This document shows, in pieces, positions 11,700 through 24,189 of a stretch of 36,315 bases of DNA (position 1 is its first letter; every line of letters starts with the position of its first letter). The position numbers and the translations under genes are program-made. Origin of the DNA: Chiloscyllium plagiosum (lineage: Eukaryota); assembly GCF_004010195.1 (NCBI RefSeq), contig NC_057759.1, forward strand, positions 6,725,409 through 6,761,723, given 5' to 3'. The notes beneath the pieces were generated by a model. It saw only the letters and a list, made by a program, of their open reading frames with translations, was not told the DNA's origin and ran no database searches.

Positions 11700-12028
11700 G
11701 ATTAGATTAGATTAGATTAGATTAGATTGCTTACAGTGTGGAAAAAGGCCCTTCGGCCCAACAAGTCCACACCGCCCCGCCGAAGCGAAACCCACCCATA
11801 CCCCTACATTTACCCCTTACCTAACACTACGGGCAATTTAGCATGGCCAATTCACCTGACCTGCACATCTTTGGACTGTGGGAGGAAACCAGAGCACCCG
11901 GAGGAAACCCACGCAGACACGGGGAGAACGTGCAAACTCCACACAGTCAGTCGCCTGAGGCGGGAATTGAATCCGGGTCTCTGGCGCTGTGAGGCAGCAG
12001 TGCTAACCACTGGGCCACCGTGCCGCCC
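11700..12028 (-). mobile_element. HE1 SINE (tRNA-derived V-SINE of sharks and rays)
   Basis: Minus strand reads ggcggcacggtggcccagtggttagc (A box), ggattcaattccc (B box), V domain tgtgtggagtttgcacgttctccccgtgtctgcgtgggtttcctccggg, and an (aatct)n tail. Confidence 0.92.
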
Positions 12029-12312
12029 ACGGAGACATGTGCCATGTCTCCCACCTGCCACATTATGCAGGAGGAGCAAGCAACTGCACTAGCATCCATA
12101 CCCCACTTATCTGAACACCCACTCAGTAATAAAGTAGAAAGCTTCGTTCAAGTTGCTATAAAATTAATAACAAACTTATATTCAATAGAGGAAATTTAGA
12201 ATGAACCTTGCCTTATTAACTAGGTTAGAGGAGGAGGGCAGGTGGGAGACACTATAGTTGTGGAGTCTCGGGTTTAGCCGCTTTGCTGATATATATGGTC
12301 ACTGCTTTCCTT

Positions 12313-13935
12313 CAAATAAAATCTACTTGAATTCTCCTTAACACTGTTTGCCAAAGCTATGTTATGTCCCTTCTTTGCACTCCTCATTTCTTTCTTAAGT
12401 ATATCCCTACTGCCTTTATACTCTTCAAAGGATTCACTCAATCTCTGCTGTATGTAACTAACATTTGCTTCCTTCTTATTTGGACCAAAACCTCAACTTC
12501 TTTTCTTATGCAGCACTTCCTACACCAACCAGTCATGCCTTTCACCCGAACAGGAACATACTGTCTCTGTACCCTCATTTTCTCATTTTTGAAGGCTTTC
12601 CATTTTTCAGCCATCACTTTGCCTGTGAACATCTGCCCTCAGTCAACTTTTGAAATTTTTTGCACAATACTCTCAAAATTGGCCTTCCTCCAAATTAGAA
12701 ATTTAACTTTTAGATCTGGTCTATCCTTTTCCATCAGAGTTTTAAAACTAATAAAATTATGGTCGTTGGCCCCAAAGTGCTCCCCCACTGACACATCATT
12801 ATATCACAAGAGTAGGTCAAGATTTTCACCTTGTCCAGAAGATACATTCACATATTGAATCAGAAACTTTTCTTGCACACGTTTAAGCAATTCCTTTCTG
12901 TCTAAACCATGAACAATATGGCAGCCATAATCTATGTTTGGAATGTTAAAATCCCTCACCATAATCACGCCATTATTCCTGCAGATCTAAGATCTCCTGA
13001 CAAATTTGTTTCTCAATTTCCTGCTGACTGTTAGGGTGTCTACAGTCCAATCCCAATAAGATGATTAAACCCTTTCTTATTTCTCAGTTCCATCCAAATA
13101 ATTTCCATGGATATAAGCCCAGGAATATCCTCCCTTCGTAAAGGTGTGATCTTATCTCTTACCAAACATCTCACTCCCCATTTTTCTCTTGCTGACCCCT
13201 CTCCCCATCCTTCCTATAACTTTTGATTCCTGGAACATTAAGCTGCTAGTTGTGTCATCCCCAAACCATGTCTCTGTAATTGCTATGATATCCCAATTCC
13301 AATCCCATTTTCTTAACCATGTCCTGAGTTCATCCTCCTTCCCTGTTAGGCCTCTTGCATTGAAATAAATGCAGTTTAAGTTATCAATCCAACATTCTCT
13401 GCTATGTTCCTGTCTGCCCTGGGTGTTTGACTTACCGAGTCACCAGCCTCAGATTGATATCTTTGTTCACTATCTCCCCGGTTCCCATTGACCTCACCCC
13501 ACGCCCACACCTTACGAGTTGAACCCGTCCCTAGTAGCTCAAGAAAATGTCCCTGCCAATATAATAGATCCCTTCCAATTCAGGTGTATTCCGTCCTTTT
13601 TCTACAAGTCATGTCTTCCCCAGAAGAGATTCCAATTATCCAAAAATTTTAACACCTCTCCCCTGCACCAGCTCCTGAGTTGGGCATTCCTCTGCTCGAT
13701 TATCCCATTCCTACCCCCAGTCGCTCGTAGCAGCGGGAGTAATCCAGATATTACTACTGGAGAGGACCTCCTTTCTAAATTCTCGCCTCTCTTCCTTATT
13801 CTTCCTTCGGAATCTCATCCCTTTCCCTTCCAGTGTAGTTAGTTCCGATGTGTACGCCCCTTTGTGAATATCCTGCATTTTCTCCGAGATATCCTTGATC
13901 CTGACACCATCGGCCAGACAGACTTCTGTCTGTGC
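12313..13935 (-). mobile_element. Older, more decayed CR1 fragment (ORF1 end and ORF2 N-terminal half)
   Basis: Similar by eye to the APE and ORF1 regions of 8110-12312, e.g. tcgttggccccaaagtgctccccc and cccttccaattcaggtgt. Confidence 0.8.
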
Positions 13936-14052
13936 CGCTGACAAAGAGATTCGAGTTTTGTAATTTGTAAAAGGAGGACCTTCGAAATCGCAACTACTTC
14001 CATCTAAAAGGTTAAAGGCAGCTGATGTCAGAGAACACCGCCTTGATGTCGG

Positions 14053-14277
14053 ACAAGTTCCCTTCTAAGGCACTCACCATGCTGACTTGGAAATAAAACG
14101 CTTTCTTTCACTGTCACTGGATCAAGACCCTGAAACTCCGTGTTCATGGCATTGTGGGCAGCACATGGACAACAGCTGTTCCAGAAGGTGGCTCACCACC
14201 GCCTTCTCAAAGGGATGGAGAATAAATGCTCGGCTCAGCCAGCGACATCCACGTTCCAGGAGTGAATAAACAAAAAC
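14053..14277 (+). mobile_element. 3' end of a CR1/L2-type LINE (tail type shared with Deu-domain SINEs)
   Basis: ctcaccatgctgacttggaaata..gctcaccaccgccttctcaaaggg..aataaatgctcggctcagccagcgacatccac..tgaataaa. Confidence 0.65.
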
Positions 14278-14579
14278 AGCTGGGGTCTCTCGTTGTGGCA
14301 ATGTTTCTGTCTGCAGCATACTTGACACTAAAATCTGTCATTCACGATAAACTAAATCGAGTCCCAGAGATGTTGTTGCACACCAGGTCTGACTTTTCCA
14401 CGGGCCTCCTGACCCAGATATAAGCTCTGACACTGTGATGCAAGACTCTCTCCATCAGTTATTTTCTGCCTTCGTAAGAATTGTCCACTTATTCCATCTC
14501 GCTGTATGTTACTTTGGGCAAGGAGTTAATATTTGTGGATATGGAGTCAGCAGGATTAAATACCACAGTTAACATTCGA

Positions 14580-14950
14580 TCAGACGTGATGTTATCAAAT
14601 GGGGGAGCACCCAAGAGAATGGGCCGAGTGGCCGCCAGCTTCCCCGCCCCCTGATCAGATTGTGAGAGAGCCGGAGGGAGGAGTTATTAACATGACCCGG
14701 GGATGAGCTCCATTGGAGCTTCATAAAGGGACAATGTCCCAGCTTGAAACGTTCTCTGCCTTTTCCCCCACAGCCGCAGTTCTTTGGTCAAACTGGGAGA
14801 AAAGGGAATTAGGGAAATGACCAATTGATGTTTGTTTCTGGGAAGCATTGGGAAAAACGGCGCATGCGCGATGCTGCCCCTCTCCCAACACTGTTCCTGA
14901 CCAGAGGAGCGCATGCGTGAGGCCCTCCCCCAGCGCTGCCATTGAGGAGC
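14580..14950 (+). promoter_or_regulatory. GC/CpG-enriched promoter candidate
   Basis: NRF1-type GCGCATGCGC at 14860-14869 and GCGCATGCGT at 14909-14918; GC box CCCCGCCCC at 14642-14650; CCAAT at 14821; more CpG retained than in the flanks. Confidence 0.65.
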
Positions 14951-15104
14951 ATTTACTCAGTGAGTGCAAGAGGTTTGTTTGAAACAGACCGCAATGGAGA
15001 GATCAGCGCCCAGGGAAGCGAGGGAACAGCAGGCTCCTTCCAGCAGCACATCGGGATGGGAGCCTGGGACACAGAGGGGGCTCCGAGACCGGGATTGATT
15101 CGGG
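14950..15104 (+). other. Candidate first exon (start approximate)
   Basis: Consensus donor cggg|gtgagt at 15104/15105 just downstream of the NRF1 sites; ATG at 15056 reads MGAWDTEGAPRPGLIR to a phase-1 junction. Confidence 0.55.
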
Positions 15105-15596
15105 GTGAGTTGTGGTTTGTAATCCCCTAAACACTGTTGGGAATTCATTATTTGGCTTCTGTTTTACGCTGTTTAATGCGAATAGACATTGAAATGAAGG
15201 ACAGTAGAAACAAATGCGATAATCCTGTGTAGGATAAATATAGCGGGCGCCGGATTAACGTCTCCAAGTATGTGAAATCATGCCTAGTATTTGTTTTTCA
15301 ACAGTTAATAATGTATTGGGAGCTGGACACTGAACTGTGTACTCATCCCATTTGAGGAGATGTCCATATGTTGTTGAGTTTATTTTATCTAAGTGAAATG
15401 TTTTAGAATTTGGGAAACAGAAAAAACTGAAAGGAGCTCAGGGCTCGAGTCGAAGCAGGATCCGCACTGTTCACCTTGCCCTGTTCAAAAACAAAGAATT
15501 ATAATGATCATGACCTGAATATTGCATTGATCATTTGATGTCTTCCTACTCAGCTGCTAGTGATGTACCGGAGCTCTCTCTTTTGTCTTTCTCCAG

Positions 15597-15651
15597 GCAA
15601 ATATTTGATGGACCAATCCAAAGGTGACCAGCTGCTTCTCACACCCAGCAG
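15597..15651 (+). other. Candidate 55-nt exon 2
   Basis: Acceptor ctctctcttttgtctttctccag| and donor cag|gtatgt; continues exon 1 in frame as (G)KYLMDQSKGDQLLLTPS. Confidence 0.6.
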
Positions 15652-17054
15652 GTATGTTACCACTGTCGGCGAGGAGAAGGTCCTTTCCACTGTCTGAGTG
15701 GATTGAGTCACACAGACATTGAGCTCCATTTCCAGAAGTACACATTCAATCCAAGAGTTAAACACAACTGACGATATATAAATGTATATTATTTTACCCT
15801 GTTTTCAGTGTTTACCACCTCAGTAACAGTAAATTCCATCATTCAAAGCCAATTATCAATCATAAGATTAGAAGCAGGTTAGACTGTATGCTTATAATAA
15901 ATATATATTTATGTGCTGCATTAAATTCATATGTACATTTGGCATTTTTAAAGTTATAATCAATTTAAACAAACCGATCATGGTGTTAGATGGTTATAAG
16001 TTGTCCTCTACAAAGACAATAATCAAACAATGTAAATTTCAAATGAACCTCTTGGTCAAGCCTGATCTACAGAGGATGTTTCTAGAGAGGATGCTTAATG
16101 CTCATTCACATACGTACATACATATTTGTGTCTGGCTCTGTCTCTCTCATTCTCACTCTTCACACTTCATGCACGCTCCCATTCTGGTTGAGTGCCTCAG
16201 TAATGCAGAAACATTTCCATACTTTTTTAATGTATGAAACACTGAGTGATAAGACCTTAAAACCACCTCAAAGTGTATCAGAATTGGAATCACACAGAGA
16301 CATACAGACAATGTTGGTGTGATCTCAATCAGTACCACACTTTAAAGTGATACAGATTGGCAGCACAACAGAAAACTTATTCTCACTCAGCCAGTTAATG
16401 GTAAAAGGGGAAAAAAATGCAATTTAGGTCCACAGCTACTTCCAGATATGTAGTCATAAATTGACTGACCGCATTATTAATCGCTTCAGAAGATGTTAGT
16501 ATTAGATGTTACATTATTGCAGTGCCCAGCAGCAACTGACAAAGAGTACTGCACACACAAAATGTAAAAAGAAAACTGAGATTGAATACAATAAAATTCA
16601 GATTCTTGGCAAAGATAAGTATTGAACCAACATTAATCCCTCAATCACACAGGTTTATCAAATATTGAACGGGTTTATCCTACACCCTGCTAAAAAAACA
16701 CAACTGAACATCCATATACTTGACTTGTCACTGTTGCACAAAGAGCAAAACTGGCACTCTTGGTATTCAAAGGCAAATAACTGCAGAACTAATCTCAAAT
16801 TGGCATTTACACCGAGACACTGACACTTACACCGAGACACTGACAGTGAGTGAATGAAGATTAGAATCCCAAAAATTAGTGGAAACTAGTATGGAGAACA
16901 GAATAAGAATAGAATGTCCCAGTGCAGACACAACAGGCTGAATGGCTGTATCAATTCTGTGACTGAGTCAAAAATCACAAAATGCATAAGAGATTAAGGC
17001 CCAATCTCAACACCCTAAACAGATTATCAGATTGAATCACAGTCACAGAATTTT

Positions 17055-17270
17055 ATTTTCTAATTCATTCATGGGATGGGGTCATCATTGACTCAACCAG
17101 CATTTATTGCCTATCCCAAACTACCCATGCAGCCACATGGATGTGGGTCTGTCATCACATGTAGGCCAGACAAGGGAAGGATGGCAGTTTCCTTCATTCA
17201 AGGATATTACTGAACCAGATGTGTTTTTCTGGCAATCAACAGTAGATTCATGGACATCATTAGACTCTTA
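17055..17270 (-). mobile_element. Deu-domain SINE (SacSINE1-like) fragment
   Basis: tcacatgtaggccagac..aaggatggcagtttccttc..tgaaccagatg..ttcatggacatcattagac resembles the reverse Deu domain; tail ttcattcatgggat..cagcatttattgcctatccc. Confidence 0.7.
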
Positions 17271-18571
17271 GAATATCATTGGCTGCCAGAGAATTGAGCA
17301 ACTTTGGTATGTAAGAGTTGAAAGTGACTGGAACTCATTGAGAACTTCGCTCTCACAGTCACACAGCAGAAACTGGCATGTATACATCAAATCCTAAACT
17401 CTCGTATGGACACAACCAAAACTGACAGACATCGATTGATATCTGTTTTCTCATATTCACATTGCAGCAACTGTAAGGGAGAGGACAATAATCATGGACA
17501 CACCTATGACAGGTACAGATCGATAACTAGACTAACACATTCGCATAGCAAAACCTGACAGGTACAGTATGATAAATGAATTTGCACATTTATAAACAAG
17601 AAGTTGATAGATACAAATTAATAACTGCACTCTCAGATGCACAGAGCAGAATCTGACAGGGACAAGTTGGTTAATAACTCACACATGCAGGTGGCAGTAA
17701 ATTTCAGAGAAAGATTGATAACTACACTCTCATATTCATAAAGAAGAAACTGACTGGAATAGATTGATTATGCTTCCAATTTCAAATCACATAAATTGAC
17801 GTGTACACTTTGATAACCACACTTACATATTCACAGAGAAGAAAATGACAGGCAGAGATTGATAACAAAACAAACATTAGTGGAAAATTCACAGGTCTGG
17901 CAGCATTTCAGGTTGAGTGACCAGTCTTCAGAACTGATGGTGGCCAAGATATTGCACACAATGTGGTCGTCTCTATGTTGGGGAAACTGAGTGTAGATTG
18001 GATGTCCACTGTGCAGAACACCTACATTCTGTCCAGACAAAAAGACCTTGAGCTTCCAGTTGCATGTCACTTCAACACACCACCTTGTTCCCTCTCTCAG
18101 GCTCGCTGGAGTGCTCCAGCGAAGCTCAGTGCAAGCTAGAAGAACGGCACCCCATTTTCTGTTTGGGACCTCGACAGCCTTGTGGACTCAATATTGAGTT
18201 CAACAGCTACAGGGCTTGAGCTCTCCCATGTCATTACCCAAAACCCCACGTGTCTGGCCTTGTTAACATATAGTCTGCTATTATACACCACCAATTGTTA
18301 GCCACTAACAGGCCCTATTAATAGGCTATTCACCCACTTAGTCTGACAGTTATTCACTCCTTTATCTGTCCTACTGCTCTTCTCTTTCTTTGGACTCTAT
18401 CTCCATCTGTCTTTTACTCATCACCCTTCCACTCACCCTATCTTCTGTATAAAAACTAATGTTTTCCTAGCTACCACCAGAAAATACAGATGTTTGAATA
18501 TACCACCCAACAAACTCAAGAACAACTTCTCTGCTGCTATCAGACTTTTGAATGAACTGCTCAAATTTTAA

Positions 18572-18778
18572 GGCAAAAGTGGATACTGCAGATGCTGGAG
18601 ATTAGAGTCAAGATTAGAGTGGTGCTGGAAAAGCACAGCAGGTCAGGAAGTATCCAAGGAGGAGGAATATCGACGTTTCGGACATTCCTAATGAAAGGCT
18701 TTTGCCCAAAACGTCGATTTTCCTGCTCCTCGGATGCTGCCTGACCTGCTGTGCTTTTCCAGCACCACTCTAAACTTG
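18572..18778. mobile_element. Palindromic Penelope-derived insertion (copy of 2340-2546)
   Basis: Same inverted arms; CTAATGA at 18688; 14-bp TSD at 18558-18571 and 18777-18790 with one mismatch. Confidence 0.8.
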
Positions 18779-20044
18779 CTCAATTTTTAACGTTAATCTC
18801 TCTCTCTTTGCAGCTTTAATACTGTATTGCAGATTCTGTTCTGTTACCCTGATGCATTTTGTATGATATTATCTGCCTGTAAAGTACACAAAACAATACT
18901 TTCCATTGCATCTCAGGGCGTGTAACAATAATAAATCAAATCAAATCAAATTGGTAACTAAACTCTCAATCTGAGAGGTACAGGTTGATAACTACAGTCA
19001 CACAAACTGACAGGAAAAGATGAATAAATGCACTCAAACACTGACATTACAGAGCCTGACAGAGAAAGATTGTTAACTAAACTCACATTCACAAAGCAGA
19101 AACTGATAGCGACAGGTGAAAACTCAGCGCACATGTTCACATAGTAGAAACTGGAAGGATTGACAATTACACAAATGGATTCACCAGGCAGAAACTGACA
19201 GCTACAGATTGATAACTATATTTATGTATTCACACAACAGAGTCTGAAAGATACAGATTGACAGTTACACTCACTTCGACAAAGAGGAAAATGACAGGTA
19301 GAGAATGATAACTGTACTCCCACATTCACATCGCTGAAACTGACAGCTGCTGTTTGACTAATACACCCACGTTCACAGAGCAGAAGCTGATGGGTACTGA
19401 TTAATAACTGTAGTTGCATATTGACAGGAAAGAAACTGACAGGGACAGATTGGTATCTATACTGTCATATTGACATAGTAGAAACAGATTGACAGGTTGA
19501 GGTTGATAACTACACTCTCAGACACACAGCAGAAACTGTTCAGGACATATTGGTAAGCAAACAAACACATTCACAGGGTAGAAACAGACAGGTATATATA
19601 GATAACTAAACTCGCATATCCACATCTGAGAAACACATAGGGACTGATCCTGTTTATTTAAATTGTATGAAATGTATTTATCAACTAGTCCCTGGCAGTT
19701 TCCTCTCTGTGGATACATGAGTTCAGTTATCGATCTGCACCTGCAGGTTTATGCTATGTGAATGTATGAGTGTAGTTATCAGTCTGTCCCTATTTGTCTC
19801 TGTGATGAGCAAATGTAAATATATTTAACCAGAGAGTGACAGTGACAGATTGTATCTGGTTCTCAGTGAATTGGTATAGATTTTCTTGATACAGTCACCA
19901 AAGAGCAGCCCAGGCCAAGAATAGAATCAGCCCTGTGGTCTTGTTAGAATTGCTGTCTTGAAGGAATGATTGCCTAATGATGATTAAATTATTTCATTGA
20001 CTTAATGTTGATTTACAGACGATGTCTCTTCTGTCTTCCCCCAG

Positions 20045-20126
20045 ACAATTACTTGAAGGACCAAGACAGTGTAATATGTCCTGAGTACAAAGCCAAGTGT
20101 GATCAGTTCCTTCTAACAAACAGCAG
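20045..20126 (+). other. Candidate 82-nt exon
   Basis: Acceptor cttctgtcttccccccag-type tract ending at 20044 and donor cag|gtatgt; open in phase 1 to 2 as (D)NYLKDQDSVICPEYKAKCDQFLLTNS. Confidence 0.5.
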
Positions 20127-20314
20127 GTATGTTACTGCTGAAGAGCATCCTTTCCATAGTTATAGAGCAGGTTGAATTAGACGCACATTAACTCAATTTC
20201 CAGAGAGAAATTTTCAAATTATGAGTCAGATATCACGGAGGAATTATAATTTTTTTCTCTCTCACCATTCTTTATGTACACTACCCCATTTCGAATAATT
20301 GTTATAGTTCACAG

Positions 20315-23215
20315 CCATAGAGTTATAGAGATGTACAGCACAGAAACAGACCATTCAGTCTGACTCATCCATGCCAACTAGATATCCGAAACGAATCACG
20401 TCCCATTTGCCAACACTCGTGCCGTTTGCCAGCACTTGGCCCATATCCCTCTAAACCGTTCTTATTCATGTATGCATCCAGATGCCTTTTAAATGTTGGA
20501 ATTGTTCCAGCTTCCAGCACTTCCTCTGGGAGCTCATTCCACACACACACCACCACCTGCACAGAAAAGTTTCCCCTTAGGTCCTTTTTAAATCTTGCCC
20601 CTCTCACCTGAAACCTATGCCCTCTAGTCTGGACTCCCCCAGCCCAGGGAAAATACCTTGTCTATTTAGCCTATCCATGATCCTCCTGATTTTATAATCT
20701 CTATAAGTCTCCCCCTCAGCCTCCAACAATCCAGGGAAAACAGGCGCAGCCTTTTCAGCCTGTCCCTTTCACTTGAATAGTCCAACCCTGGTGACAGATC
20801 TTTTCTGAATGTTTCAAGTTTCACAACATCCTTCCAATAGGAAGGAGATCAGAATTGCACACAATATTACAAAAGCGGCTGAACCAATTACCAGCCTCAA
20901 CATGACGTCCAAGCCCCTGTACTCTATGCTCAGACCAATAAAGAACCGCATACTAAATGCTTTTTTCATTATCCTATCGACCGGCGACTCCACTTTCAAG
21001 GAACGATGAACCTGCACTCCAAGGTCTCTTTGTTCGGCAATACTCCCCAGGACCTTACCGTTAAGTGTGTAACTCCTATGTTGGTTTGCCTTTCCGAAAT
21101 GCAGCACCTCAAATTTATCTGAATTAAATACAATCTGCCACTGCTCAGCCCAGAGCCCCACCTGATCAAGATCCTGTTGTACTCTGAGGGAACCTTCTTT
21201 GCTGTCCACTACACTGCCAAATTTGGTGTCATCTGCAAATGTTTATGCTCACATTCAAATCATTCTTATAAATGATAAAAAGCAGTGTACCCTGCACCGA
21301 TCCTTGTGGTATACCACTGATCACTGGTGTCCAGTCTGAAATATAACCCTCCAGAACCACCCTCTGTCTTCCACGTTCAAATCAACTGTGTCCAAATTGC
21401 TAGTTCTCTCTGATTTTCATGTGATCTAACTTTGTTAACCAGACTACAATGAGCAAACTTGTTAAACATCTTAGTGAAGTCCATATAGATCCCGTCCACC
21501 GCTCTACTCTCATCAATCATCCAGTCAAAGAGATGTACATCACGGAAACAGACCCTTCGTTCCAACTTTCCATGCCGACCAGCTATCCCAACCCAATCTA
21601 GTCCCATGTGCCAACACTCAGCCCATATCCCTCCAAACTCTTCCTATTCATATACCCATTCAGATGCTTTTTAAAAGTTGGAATTGTACTCACCTCCACC
21701 ACTTCCTCTGGCAGCTCATTCCATGCATGTACCATCCTCTGACCAAAAAAGCAAAGCATACCAAATACCTTCTTCACTATCTCATCCAACTGCGATTCTA
21801 TTTTCAGGGAACTATGCACCTGCACTCCAAAGTCTCTTTGTTCAGCAACACTCCCTAGGAGTTTAACATGAAGTCCCGCTAAGATTTGCTTTCCCAAAAT
21901 GCAGCACCTTGCATTTATCTGAATTAAACTCCATCAGCCACTTCTCAACCATTGACCCAACCGATCAAGATCCTTTTGTAATCGGAGGTAACCTTTTTCG
22001 CTGTCCACGACTCTCTAATTTTGGTGTTATCTGCAAATTTACTTACTATACCTCCTATGCTCACATCCAAATCATTTATATAAATGACAAAAAGTAGTGG
22101 AGCCAGCACTCTACTGGTCACTGGCCTCCAATCTTAAAAACAATCCTCCATTACCACCCTCTATCTTCTATCTTTGAGCCAGTTCTGTATACAAATGGCA
22201 AGTTCTCCCTGTATTCCATGAGATCGATCTTTGTTAACCAGTGTCCCATGGGGAAATCCTCTTCGTTACTTATTCAAAAATCTCAATTTAGTTTGTGTGT
22301 CATGGTTTCCCATGCACAAAACCATGTTCACTGTCCCGAACCAGTCTTTGACTATCGAAATACGTGCAAGTTCTGTCCCTCAGGATTCCCTCCAACATCT
22401 TGCCCAACATCGATGGCAGGCTCACCAGCCTATAGTTCCCTGGTTTTTCCTTATCACCTTTCTTAAATAGTAGCACCACGTTAGCCAACCTCTAGTCTTC
22501 TGGCACCTCACCTGTGACTATCGATGTTCAAAGTATCTCGGCAAGGGACACACCAAACACTTCCGTAACTTCCCAAAGAGTTCTGTGGTATGCCTGATCA
22601 GGTCCTGGGGATTTAACCACCTTTATACATTTCAAGACGTCCACTACTTCTTCCTCTGTAATATGGACATCTTTCAAGATGTCACCATCTATTTCCCCAC
22701 ATTCTATATCTTCCATGTCCTTCTCCACAGTAAACAGTGATGCAAAATACTCTTTTAGTATCTCCCCCATCTTCTGTGGCGACACAAAAAGGCCACCTTG
22801 CTGATCATTGAGGGGCCCTAATCCCTCCCTCATTACCCTTTTTGTCCTTGATGTATTCATAAAATCCCTTGGGATTCTCCTTAACCCTAATTTCCAAAGC
22901 TTTCTCATGTCCCCTTTTTGCCCTCCTGATTTCCCTCCACATATACTCCTACTGCCTTTTCCTCTTCTAAGGATTCACTCGATCTCTGCTGTCTATACTT
23001 GATATATGTTTCCTTCTTTCTCTGGACCAAAACCTCAATTTCTCCATCATCCAGCATTCCCTACATGTTCCAGACTTGCTGTTCCCCCTAACAGGAACAG
23101 ACTGTCTCTGGACTCTCGTTATCTCATTTTTGAAGGTTTCCCATTTTCCAGATGTTCCTTTACCTGCGAACATCTGCTGCCATTCAGTTTTTGAAAGTTC
23201 TTGCCTAATATTGTC
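20315..23215 (-). mobile_element. Two adjacent decayed CR1 fragments (junction near 21520), paralogs of 4527-7609
   Basis: ORFs 20365-20607, 20814-21209, 21598-21897, 22300-22488 (LFKKGDKEKPGNYR) and 22528-22908. Confidence 0.9.
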
Positions 23216-23576
23216 AAGCCCATTGATATTTTACACCATTTTTCAAGGTGTTTAGACTGAATTGTTATCTGAAATAGATGCATAGGAAAGGCATTAAATC
23301 TACTTTTAGTATGACATTTATAAAGTTAAAATCAAGATGGAAAATAAAATCAGACTGTAACATCATTTCAAAAAGCATATATAACACAAATGTTAAATAC
23401 AGAGATAGAAGAAAATCAGACAAAAGTCACCAATTTACAGGATGAAACAGTGTTATTAAGTTTATTAGTGATTGGGCAGGACAGAGTTAACGCTTTAATG
23501 AATAGTTGTCACATGTAGTCACATGACAATTAAATAATGTGAATTCCAAACACCCATTCTCTGCCAAAGCCTGACA

Positions 23577-23727
23577 AATAAAACTGCAGATGCTAGAAGC
23601 TGGAAACAAATGTAGAAATTGCTGGAAAAACTCAGCACGTCTGGCAGCATCCATTGGTAGAAAGCAGAGTTAATGTATTGTGACTATTATTCGGAACTGA
23701 ATTTCTCCAGGAATTTCTAATGTTGTT
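23577..23727. mobile_element. Short Penelope-derived inverted-repeat insertion, internally deleted
   Basis: Shares the actgcagatgct head with 2340; agaaattgctggaaaaactcag pairs with ctgaatttctccaggaatttct; cctgaca direct repeat at 23570-23576 and 23728-23734. Confidence 0.6.
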
Positions 23728-24189
23728 CCTGACAGTGGAAAATAATTACTGCAGACACACACAGCAACTGACTAATTGAGAATTAGTTCAAAATACAAAC
23801 ACTGTAACTGCAGAGCAGGACTAACAGTTATGGAGTTCCATATATACTGCAGCCAACAGGAAATGATCCAATCGAGGTGAATATCACTCTCACATGGAGC
23901 CATTGTGGTCTGCAGCAGTCAGAGACATCCAGCTAACAATTCTACTCCCATTCAGACAGCATCCCATTTCCATCAATGTATTATGGTGACAGAGGAGCTG
24001 CCATCCCCACCATTAGCACAGATTTTTTATGACTCCATCTTCACCAAAAATGTTTCTTGTGCCACTGTTTCAAATTAGCTTTCCTGTTCTACAAATAGCC
24101 CTGCGTTCCTATAAAGTCTGATATAAAACACAAGAAAACTACCATTTTCACAAATACTTATAATTCATAATTTGAAACAGTGGAGTAGG

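Larger units (their letters stand above)
8110..12312 (-). mobile_element. Near-full-length CR1 LINE (5' UTR, ORF1, ORF2); 3' end lost in the gap
   Basis: Domains in the expected order on the minus strand: 5' UTR ~12100-12312, esterase ORF1, APE, RT, C-terminal domain. It is the least decayed CR1 here but ORF2 is still broken into several pieces. Confidence 0.95.
17392..23036 (+). repeat. Segmental duplication, copy B. Contains minisatellite (to ~19850), Penelope remnant (~17890-18480), Rex1 end, hairpin (18572-18778), exon and CR1s
   Basis: Colinear with 1199-7609; lacks about 3250-3470, 3835-4055 and 5965-6325 of copy A. Confidence 0.95.

Noticed and set aside
11727..12092. ORFs over HE1 SINEs, and the tRNA-like A/B boxes as tRNA genes
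   Set aside because: These are SINE heads followed by a V domain and a LINE-like tail, not genes.
15056..15651. Naming the host gene (e.g. NLR or zinc-finger family)
   Set aside because: No diagnostic domain is encoded in the window, so a gene symbol would be a guess.
16807..16845. 20-bp period tandem duplication ttacaccgagacactgaca
   Set aside because: Ordinary two-copy slippage with no associated signal.
23862..23890. tgatccaatcgaggtga resembling the exon at 15597
   Set aside because: Too short, with no pyrimidine tract and no flanking homology.
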